Below are positions 7,211 to 14,848 of a stretch of DNA of 64,000 bases, piece by piece. Location of the stretch: the NCBI GenBank assembly GCA_021463505.1, contig JAJTYR010000015.1:2968-66967 (forward strand), written 5' to 3'. The notes below the pieces were generated by a model, which was not told the DNA's origin, did not search any database, and worked only from the letters and a program-made list of their open reading frames with translations. The stretch comes from Burkholderiaceae bacterium (GTDB lineage Bacteria; Pseudomonadota; Gammaproteobacteria; Burkholderiales; Burkholderiaceae_E). Each line of letters begins with the position of its first letter. The first letter of the stretch is position 1. Both the position numbers and the translations under genes were made by a program.

Positions 7211-7239
7211 TTGTCAATAACAGACGATTGGCGTAATCT
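7211..7239 (+). promoter_or_regulatory. Candidate sigma70 promoter for the PaaX-like gene (TTGTCA-17 nt-TAATCT)
   Basis: Read directly in a locally AT-richer stretch about 6 nt upstream of the first possible start codon. Supported by motif match only. Confidence 0.4.
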
Positions 7240-7244
7240 TTGCA

Positions 7245-8144
7245 GTGGTGACCGCGATGCAACCCGAGCCCCGCCACCTGATCCTGAACCTGCTGCTGGG
7301 CGCTGCCGACCGGCGGCTCGCTGCACGTGAGGCGGTCGTCGCCTGCGCGCTGTTCGGCATCCGCGAGAACAGTGTGCGCGTGACGCTCGCGCGGCTGTCG
7401 GCAGCCGGCCTGCTCGAAGCCGCCGACCGCGGCGAATATCGCCTCGGACCCGGGGCCGCGCAACTCGCCGACGAGGTGGCCATCTGGCGCAGCGCCGAGT
7501 CTCGCGTGCGCAATTGGGACGGCGCCTGGATCGTCGCTTACGTCGGCGATCTCGGCCGCAGCAATCGCGTCGCGCTGCGAGCGCGCGCTCGCGCGCTCGG
7601 AATGCTGGGCCTGCGCGAACTCGACCGTGGCCTGTTCCTGCGCCCCGACAATCTCGCCGGTGGCGTCGAAGCCGTGCGCGAACGCCTGCTGCGGCTCGGG
7701 CTTCAGTCCGAGGCCGCGGTGTTCGTCGCGCACGATTTCGATTCGATCCGCGCGCGGCGTGCGGTTGCGCTGTGGAACGGCCGCGCGCTCACGCTCGCCT
7801 ACCGTGAAACGCGTGCGCGCCTCGAAGGCTGGCTGGCCCGGGCTGGTGCGCTCGCGCTGGAGGTTGCGGCCCGCGAGTCATTCGTGCTCGGTGATGCCGC
7901 GATTCGCCAGCTGGTCTTCGACCCGCTGCTGCCTGCACCACTGATCGACGTGGACGCACGCCGCGACTTCCTTGGCGCGGTGTTGCGGTTCGATGCGGCC
8001 GGGCATGCAATCTGGCACCGGTTCCTGCGCGACGGCACCGGTCGCCGCGCGAGCACGCGGGTTCGTCCCGCATCCGATCGGGTCCGCCCGGCACGCGGCG
8101 CGCCGCGGCCGGCCCCCACTGCAACGCTGGAGATCGCGTCATGA
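7245..8144 (+). CDS. PaaX-family transcriptional regulator
   Basis: 299 aa. The N-terminal winged-helix segment (HLILNLLLGAADRRLAAREAVVACALFGIRENSVRVTLARLSAAGLLE) and the C-terminal PaaX-like region support the call. The start is GTG 7245, with ATG 7257 as the alternative. The stop overlaps the next gene (ATGA). Confidence 0.75.
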   Translation: MVTAMQPEPRHLILNLLLGAADRRLAAREAVVACALFGIRENSVRVTLARLSAAGLLEAADRGEYRLGPGAAQLADEVAIWRSAESRVRNWDGAWIVAYVGDLGRSNRVALRARARALGMLGLRELDRGLFLRPDNLAGGVEAVRERLLRLGLQSEAAVFVAHDFDSIRARRAVALWNGRALTLAYRETRARLEGWLARAGALALEVAARESFVLGDAAIRQLVFDPLLPAPLIDVDARRDFLGAVLRFDAAGHAIWHRFLRDGTGRRASTRVRPASDRVRPARGAPRPAPTATLEIAS

Positions 8145-9823
8145 ACGCTCCCGAATCGCTGCGCAAGGATTCGCTCTACCTTGCCGAGACCCACGAGGTC
8201 TTCAATGTCGCGCGCGACCTCGTCGACTACAACCTCTATCTGCAGGACGCGGCGTTGCAGGAGGCCGTGCGACGCGAGGGCGCGGGTTGGGCACACGACG
8301 ACCTGGCCGCTTTCGGCGCGATGCTCGGCGCAGCCGACTACCTCGAACTCGGGGTGCTCGCCAACCGCCATCCGCCGGAGCTCGACACGCACGACCGCTT
8401 CGGCAACCGCGCGGACCTGGTGCGCTTTCACCCTGCGTATCACACGCTGATGAAAACCTCGATCGAACACGGGCTGCACGCTTCGCCGTGGTCCGATCCG
8501 GGGAGCGGAGCGCATGTGGCGCGTGCCGCGCGCGTGTACCTGCACTCGCAGGTCGAGGCCGGCCACCAGTGTCCGGTCACGATGACGTTCGCGGCAGTGC
8601 CGTCGCTGCGCACCACGCCGCGCCTTGCGAGCCTCTGGGAGCCGAAGATCACCGCGCGCGTCTACGATCCGCGCAACGTGCCCGACGCCGACAAGCGCGG
8701 CCTGACGATCGGCATGGCGATGACCGAGAAGCAGGGCGGCTCGGACGTGCGCGCCAACACCACGCGCGCGTTCCCGGTCGGCGCCGCGCAGGGTCCGGGC
8801 GAGGCCTACGAACTCGTCGGCCACAAGTACTTCGTGTCGGCGCCGATGTGCGATGCGTTCCTCGCGCTGGCGCAGGCGCCCGGCGGGCTGTCGTGCTTCC
8901 TGATGCCGCGCTGGCGCCCCGACGGCAGCCGCAACGCGCTGCAGGTGCTGCGCCTGAAGCGCAAGATGGGCAACGTCTCGAATGCGTCGAGCGAGACCGA
9001 ATTGCGTGGCGCGCTCGCGTGGATGGTGGGTGAGGAGGGGCGCGGCGTGCGCACGATCATCGAGATGGTGGCGATGACGCGCTTCGACTGCATGGTCGGT
9101 TCGGCCTCCGGGCAGCGTGCGGCCGTCGCGCAGGCGCTACACCACTGCTCGTTGCGTTCGGTGTTCGGCAAGGTGCTGAACGAGCAGCCGCTGATGCGCA
9201 ACGTGCTGGCCGACCTGGCGCTCGAGAGCGAGGGCTCGGTGGCGCTCACGATGCGCATCGCGCGTGCACTCGACCATCGCGACGACGAGCACGAAGACCT
9301 GCTGGTGCGCCTGTGCACCGCGGTGGGCAAGTACTGGATCTGCAAGCGCACGCCCGGCCATGCGTACGAGTCGATGGAGTGCATCGGCGGCAGCGGCGTG
9401 ATGGAGGACAGCCCGTTCCCGCGGCTGTTTCGCGAGTCGCCGGTCAATGCGATCTGGGAAGGCAGCGGCAACGTGCAGTGCCTGGACGTGCTGCGCGCGA
9501 TGCAGAAGACGCCGGCGGTCGTCGGCGCATTCTTCGCCGAGCTGGCGAAGTCGCGCGGTGCCAATGCCGCGCTCGACCGCTACGTGGCGGCACTGCAGAA
9601 GGAGTTCGGCGACCTGGCTGATCTGGAATATCGCGCGCGCGACGTCGTCGACCGGATGGCGCTCGCGCTGCAGGCGGCGCTGCTGGTGCAGCACGCGCCG
9701 GCCGCGGTCGCCGACGCGTTCTGCGCATCGCGCCTGGCCGCCAGCGGGCATCACAACTACGGTGCGCTGCCGCGCGGGGTCGATTGCGCGGCGATCGTCG
9801 CGCGGGCCACGCCCAGGGCCTGA
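8141..9823 (+). CDS. aidB: AidB-like acyl-CoA dehydrogenase
   Basis: 560 aa, collinear with my recollection of E. coli AidB (VFNVARDLVDYNLYL..., GMAMTEKQGGSDVRANTT, LSCFLMPRW, GNVSNASSE, MTRFDC, MECIGGSGVMEDSPFPRLFRESPVNAIWEGSGNVQCLDVLR). Confidence 0.9.
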   Translation: MNAPESLRKDSLYLAETHEVFNVARDLVDYNLYLQDAALQEAVRREGAGWAHDDLAAFGAMLGAADYLELGVLANRHPPELDTHDRFGNRADLVRFHPAYHTLMKTSIEHGLHASPWSDPGSGAHVARAARVYLHSQVEAGHQCPVTMTFAAVPSLRTTPRLASLWEPKITARVYDPRNVPDADKRGLTIGMAMTEKQGGSDVRANTTRAFPVGAAQGPGEAYELVGHKYFVSAPMCDAFLALAQAPGGLSCFLMPRWRPDGSRNALQVLRLKRKMGNVSNASSETELRGALAWMVGEEGRGVRTIIEMVAMTRFDCMVGSASGQRAAVAQALHHCSLRSVFGKVLNEQPLMRNVLADLALESEGSVALTMRIARALDHRDDEHEDLLVRLCTAVGKYWICKRTPGHAYESMECIGGSGVMEDSPFPRLFRESPVNAIWEGSGNVQCLDVLRAMQKTPAVVGAFFAELAKSRGANAALDRYVAALQKEFGDLADLEYRARDVVDRMALALQAALLVQHAPAAVADAFCASRLAASGHHNYGALPRGVDCAAIVARATPRA

Positions 9824-9850
9824 ACGGTCGCGCGCTCGCCGACCGGAGCC

Positions 9851-12448
9851 TCAGGCGGGCTGCGGGACGGCTGCAGCGCGCGCCAGCGCGACGCGACTGG
9901 CGATATGTGCCAGCGCCTCGTCGATCTGGTCGATCAGGATCAGGCAGAGGTCGCCGGCCTCGAGCCCGCCGAGCGCCGTGTCGATCGCCAGGAATTCACC
10001 GCGGATTTCGTGCACGCGGGTGACGCGCGCTGCACCGGCCAGCCCCTGCCGCAGCAGCGCAACCACTTCGCCGTCGCGGCGGCCGCGCTGGCACTGGTCT
10101 TCGTAGAGGATGACCTCGTCGAAGGCCGTGCCGAGGATCTCGGACTGGCGGCGGATGTCCTCGTCGCGCCGGTCACCTGCGCCGCTGATCACGACGAGGC
10201 GGCGTCGGGCCGGCATCGCGTCGACCGCGCGCGTGAGCGCGGCGATCGCGTCGGGGTTGTGGCCGTAGTCGGCGATGACGGTTGCGCCGCGGTGGTCGAA
10301 CACGTTGAAGCGCCCGGGCACGGTGCTCGCGTCGCTCACGAAACTGCGCATGCCCGCGCGCACCGCGTGCCAGTCGAGCCCCAGCGCCCAGGCCGCGCCC
10401 ACCGCAGCCATTGCGTTCTCCACCTGGAAGGCGATCGTGCCGCGTCGCGTGATCGCGACGTCGACCAGCGCGATGCGTCGCTCGGAGTCGCCCTGCGCAG
10501 CGACGATCGCGTCGCCGTCGACGTAGACCACCCGATGTCCTTTCGCGCGATGCGTGGCCATCAGCGGCAATTGCACGTCGGCCGCGAAGAAGGTGACCGA
10601 GCCCGGGCACGCGGCGGCCATCTTCGCGACGATCGGATCGGCTGCGTTGAGAACGGCCATGCCGTCGGGTGCCACGTTCTGCACGATGACACGCTTGAGC
10701 ACCGCGAGATCTTCGACGGTGGTGATGAAGTTCAGGCCCAGGTGGTCGCCGACGCCGATGTTGGTGACCACCGCCACCTTGCATCGATCGAAGCCCAGGC
10801 CCTCGCGCAGCATGCCGCCGCGCGCGGTCTCGAAGACGGCGGCATCGACGTGCGGATGGATCAGCACGTTGCGCGCGCTGCGCGGTCCGCTGCAGTCGCC
10901 GGTGTCGATGCACTGGCCGTTGACATAGACGCCGTCGGTGTTGGTCATGCCGACCCGTGCCCCGGTGCCCGCCAGCAGGTGGGCGATCAGCCGTACGGTG
11001 GTGGTCTTGCCGTTGGTGCCGGTGACCGCAATCACCGGAATGCGGCCATCGTCGCCGTCGGCGAACAGCGTACCGATGATCGCTTCGCCCACCGGGCGGC
11101 CCTTGCCGTACGATGGCGCGACGTGCATGCGCAGACCGGGCGCCGCATTGACCTCGACGATCCCGCCCCCCTGTTCCTCGAGCGGCCGGCCGATGTTTTC
11201 GCAGACGACGTCGACGCCGCAGATGTCGAGACCGATGGTCTGGGCGGCCTCGATCGCGCGTGCCGCGAGCTCGGGGTGCACATCGTCGGTGACGTCGGTG
11301 GCCGTGCCGCCGGTGCTCAGGTTCGCGTTGTGGCGCAGCAGCACGCGTGCGCCGCGCGGCGGGATGGACTGCGTGCCGTAGCCTTGCGTGGCGAGCTGGG
11401 CGAGCGCGACCTCGTCCAGGCGGATGCGGGTGAGCGGGGTCGCGTGGCCCTCGCCGCGCAGCGGATCCAGGTTCACTTCGTCGACCAGTTCGTGGACCGT
11501 GTGCATGCCGTCGCCGATCACGTGCGCGGGCTCGCGCCGGGCTGCAGCCACCAGCTGGCCGCCGACCACCAGTGCGCGGAAGTCGTGCCCGGGAATGAAG
11601 CGCTCGACCAGGATGTCGGAGCTGATCTCGTTGGCTGCCGCCCAGGCCGCCTCGAGGTGTTGGCGCGTCTGCACGTTCACCGACACGCCCTTGCCCTGGT
11701 TACCGTCGCGCGGCTTGACCACGACCGGGCTGCCGAGCGCCTCGAATGCGGCGATCGCCTCGTCGAGGTCGCCGACCGCACGCCCCTCGGGCACCGGGAC
11801 ACCGACCGCCGACAGCAACTGCTTGGTGAGTTCCTTGTCCTGCGCAATCTGCTCGGCCACCGCACTGGTGGCGTCGATTTCGGCGGCCTGGATGCGCCGC
11901 TGCCGGCTGCCCCAGCCGAATTGCACCAGGCTGCCTTCGGTGAGGCGTCGATAGGGGATGCCAAGCGCGACTGCAGCCTGGACGATGGCGCCGGTACTCG
12001 GTCCCAGGCGCACCTCCTCGTCCATGTCGCGCAGCCGCGCCAGCGCATCGCTGAGGTCGAAGCTGGCGTCGTCGAGCGCCGAGCGACACAGGGCCGCGGC
12101 CAGTTCGAGCGCGAAGCGGCCCACGCACTCCTCGGTGTACTCGACGGCCAACTGGTAGACGCCGGGCTCGGTGGTCGGGGTCGTGCGGGAAAAGCTCACC
12201 GGGCAGCCGGCCTGCGCCTGCAGTGCAAGCGCCGCCGCCGTGAGCACGTGGGCAATCGATCCGCCCTGGCACTGGCCGAGCGGCTGCAGCGGCCCGATCG
12301 CGGGGAAACGCGCGCGCAGGCGCGCTTCGAAGCCCGGCAGCAGGTCGATGCAGCGTTCGGGCTCGTCACAGGTGACGATGGCTTCGATCGCCGTGCGCCG
12401 TGACCAGAGATTCGGGCCGCGCAGCGCGCGGATGCGTGAGATGTCCAT
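9851..12448 (-). CDS. cphA: Cyanophycin synthetase (full-length, 865 aa)
   Basis: The N-terminus MDISRIRALRGPNLWS is typical. The ATP-grasp core contains VVKPRDGNQGKGV. The Mur-ligase module has an intact P-loop VTGTNGKTTT (about 11007-11036) plus ETARGG, DYGHNPDA and GAGDRRDED motifs. Confidence 0.95.
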   Translation of the reverse strand: MDISRIRALRGPNLWSRRTAIEAIVTCDEPERCIDLLPGFEARLRARFPAIGPLQPLGQCQGGSIAHVLTAAALALQAQAGCPVSFSRTTPTTEPGVYQLAVEYTEECVGRFALELAAALCRSALDDASFDLSDALARLRDMDEEVRLGPSTGAIVQAAVALGIPYRRLTEGSLVQFGWGSRQRRIQAAEIDATSAVAEQIAQDKELTKQLLSAVGVPVPEGRAVGDLDEAIAAFEALGSPVVVKPRDGNQGKGVSVNVQTRQHLEAAWAAANEISSDILVERFIPGHDFRALVVGGQLVAAARREPAHVIGDGMHTVHELVDEVNLDPLRGEGHATPLTRIRLDEVALAQLATQGYGTQSIPPRGARVLLRHNANLSTGGTATDVTDDVHPELAARAIEAAQTIGLDICGVDVVCENIGRPLEEQGGGIVEVNAAPGLRMHVAPSYGKGRPVGEAIIGTLFADGDDGRIPVIAVTGTNGKTTTVRLIAHLLAGTGARVGMTNTDGVYVNGQCIDTGDCSGPRSARNVLIHPHVDAAVFETARGGMLREGLGFDRCKVAVVTNIGVGDHLGLNFITTVEDLAVLKRVIVQNVAPDGMAVLNAADPIVAKMAAACPGSVTFFAADVQLPLMATHRAKGHRVVYVDGDAIVAAQGDSERRIALVDVAITRRGTIAFQVENAMAAVGAAWALGLDWHAVRAGMRSFVSDASTVPGRFNVFDHRGATVIADYGHNPDAIAALTRAVDAMPARRRLVVISGAGDRRDEDIRRQSEILGTAFDEVILYEDQCQRGRRDGEVVALLRQGLAGAARVTRVHEIRGEFLAIDTALGGLEAGDLCLILIDQIDEALAHIASRVALARAAAVPQPA

Positions 12449-12484
12449 GACGGGCTGGCCGGTTGGGCGTGTCGCGAGGAGCGG

Positions 12485-14800
12485 TCAGGCAGCGACGGTT
12501 TCGTTCGCCTCGACTTGCACCGTGTACAGCGTCTCGATACCGGTGCGGATCAGGTCGGCACTGATGTCCAGTGCCCAGGCTGCGGCAATCGCGGCAAGCA
12601 GGTCGTCCAGACGGCGCCCGCCTGCGTCGCCGACTGCGAGGCGCGACAGTTCCGCCACCGGAAGGATGCGCTCGCCGGTGGCCAGCACGATCCGCCCGCC
12701 GCGAACGACCACTGCACGCCGTCCGTTGGCGAGGTGAGCATCGACGACCTGACTGCCGGCTCCGGTGTCGTAGAACAGCACGTCGCCATCGCACAGCGAC
12801 GCCATCTTCGCGACCAGGGGATCGGCGGCGTCGAGCACGGCGGCGCCCCCCGGCAGCACGACGTCGACCTGGGTGCGCAGCAACGCGTACATCTGCTCGG
12901 CGCTCGCGATGTCGAACTGCGGAATCGCCGCCTCCGGATCGATGCCGGTGACCACGCCAACCTGGCAGCGGTCGTAGGCGAGACCCTCGGAGGCGATCGC
13001 CAGGCCGTCGTTCTCGATCACGGCTGCCTCGACGCGCCGGTTCATCAGCAGCCGGCGAGCGGGTTCCCACCGGGCGCGATCGCCGTCGGCGAGGCGACGT
13101 CCGCCGACGTACAGGCCTTCGCCACAGGCCAGGCCGGCACATCGTCCGGTCAGGCGGATGAATTCGGCCAACAGTCGCGCGATCGCGGTGCCACTGCGTG
13201 TTCCGGCGATGCCGACGATTGGAATGCGACCCGAGTCGCCGGCGGGGAACAGGTTGTTCACGATCGCCGCGCCCACCGGCTGGGCGGTGCCGGCAGCCGG
13301 CTTCAGGTGCATCAGCAGCCCGGGGCCGGCGTTCACTTCGACGATCGCGCCGCGCTGCTCGTACAGCGATCGGGAGATGTCCTCGACCACCAGATCGACG
13401 CCGGCGATGTCCAGGCCGACCACGTCGGTGGCGACCGCCACCGCGTGGGCGACGCTCGGATGCACCTGACTGGTGACGTCGATCGCGACGTTGCCGTTGC
13501 GCTGGATCAGCAGGCGCTCGCCGGGGGGCGGAATCGACTCGGCGTCGTAGCCCTGACGCGCGAGTTCCATGCGTGCCGAGGAGTCGATGCGCACGAAGTT
13601 CAGCGGACGGTCTTCGGTGCTGCCGCGACTCGGATCGCTGTTCAACTGCAGGTCGATCAGTTCGGTGACGCTGGAACGGCCGTCGCCGAGGACGTACGCG
13701 GGTTCACCACGCGCGGCGGCGACCATTCGGCCGCCGACCACCAGCAACCGGTGCTCCTTGCCCTGCACGAAGCGCTCGACGATGACGCCGCTGCCTTCCT
13801 CGATCGCGACCGCCCAGGCCGCCTCGACTTCCTGGCGGGACATGACGTTGGTGAATACGCCGCGGCCATGATTGCCGTCGTAGGGTTTCACGACCACCGG
13901 TACGCCGATCTCGCAGGCCGCCTCCCAGGCATCCTCGGCGCTGCGGGCGAGCCGACCCTCGGGGACCGGCACGCCGCAGGCCTGCAGCAACTGCTTGGTG
14001 AGGTCCTTGTCGCGCGAGATACCTTCGGCGATCGCGCTGGTGCGATCGGATTCCGCGGTCCAGATGCGATGCTGGCGGGCGCCGTAACCGAGTTGTACCA
14101 GGTTGCCGTCATTCAGGCGGATTGCCGGGATGGAGCGCTCGTCGGCGGCATCGACGATCGACAGCGTGCTCGGGCCGAGATAGTGTTCGTCTGACAGCGC
14201 GTGCAACTCCTCGATCGTGCCTGCGACGTCGCAGGGCCGGTCTTCGATCGCGGCCATGACCAGGTCACGCGCCGCGTACAGCGCCGCCAGCGCCACTTCT
14301 TCCTGGAACGCGCGGATGACCACGCGGTAGACCCCGCGCCGGGACGCTTCGCGGGCGCGACCGAAACCGACCGGCATGCCGGCGAGATTCTGGAGTTCGA
14401 GCGCGACGTGCTCCAGGATGTGTGCCGGCCAGGTGCCCTCGTGCAACCGGCGCACGAACCCGCCGCGCTCGCCGTAGCTGCAGTGATGTTCGACCAGCGT
14501 CGGCAACCAGGACACCAGCCGCTCGGGAAACCCGGGAATCAGGTTGGAAGGAAAGTCTTCCAGGGCGCCGATGTCGACGACCGCCTCGAGCACCGGCCGG
14601 TAGGTCCAGCGACCCGGCCCGCGGATGAACCGGTACTCGAGGATCTCGATGTCCTTCCGGGGGAGGGCGGTTACGGTGGATCCCTGCGGACGGGGTGCGG
14701 GCATGTAAGGTTCCGGAAGTTGCTTCGCTGTTGAACGCAGCAGGCCGGCTTCGGTTGACGGCAGGCCGGCGCCGGCATCGCCGGCGTGCCGCGGGACCAC
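12485..14800 (-). CDS. Cyanophycin synthetase paralog (CphA'-type) with a degenerate, C-terminally truncated Mur-ligase module
   Basis: The CphA N-domain (EYRFIRGPGRWTYRPVLEAVVD) and the ATP-grasp core (VVKPYDGNHGRGV) are present. The P-loop position reads GIAGTRSGTA (13184-13216), and the protein ends soon after AAWALDI. The start is uncertain: either 14800, or ATG 14704 (MPAPRPQG). Confidence 0.85.
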   Translation of the reverse strand: MVPRHAGDAGAGLPSTEAGLLRSTAKQLPEPYMPAPRPQGSTVTALPRKDIEILEYRFIRGPGRWTYRPVLEAVVDIGALEDFPSNLIPGFPERLVSWLPTLVEHHCSYGERGGFVRRLHEGTWPAHILEHVALELQNLAGMPVGFGRAREASRRGVYRVVIRAFQEEVALAALYAARDLVMAAIEDRPCDVAGTIEELHALSDEHYLGPSTLSIVDAADERSIPAIRLNDGNLVQLGYGARQHRIWTAESDRTSAIAEGISRDKDLTKQLLQACGVPVPEGRLARSAEDAWEAACEIGVPVVVKPYDGNHGRGVFTNVMSRQEVEAAWAVAIEEGSGVIVERFVQGKEHRLLVVGGRMVAAARGEPAYVLGDGRSSVTELIDLQLNSDPSRGSTEDRPLNFVRIDSSARMELARQGYDAESIPPPGERLLIQRNGNVAIDVTSQVHPSVAHAVAVATDVVGLDIAGVDLVVEDISRSLYEQRGAIVEVNAGPGLLMHLKPAAGTAQPVGAAIVNNLFPAGDSGRIPIVGIAGTRSGTAIARLLAEFIRLTGRCAGLACGEGLYVGGRRLADGDRARWEPARRLLMNRRVEAAVIENDGLAIASEGLAYDRCQVGVVTGIDPEAAIPQFDIASAEQMYALLRTQVDVVLPGGAAVLDAADPLVAKMASLCDGDVLFYDTGAGSQVVDAHLANGRRAVVVRGGRIVLATGERILPVAELSRLAVGDAGGRRLDDLLAAIAAAWALDISADLIRTGIETLYTVQVEANETVAA

Positions 14801-14848
14801 CGCGGGATGCGGTAAGCTTGCCGGCCCGCGGCCCCGCGTCGCGGCAGG

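Noticed and set aside
6832-7330. Plus-strand ORFs of 79-160 aa and the 261-aa minus-strand ORF 6948-7733 around ssrA
   Set aside because: They overlap the tmRNA gene or the paaX-like gene. tmRNA identity is unambiguous, and these ORFs have no coding features.
9905-12403. 832-aa plus-strand ORF, and similar long ORFs at 12515-14194, 15284-17101, 29696-31564, 36761-38788, 53429-55720 and 58917-60659
   Set aside because: Each lies opposite a confidently identified conserved gene (cphA, cphA', ABC exporter, rpsA, murJ, TonB receptor, ackA/IclR), and each has low-complexity, domain-free translations.
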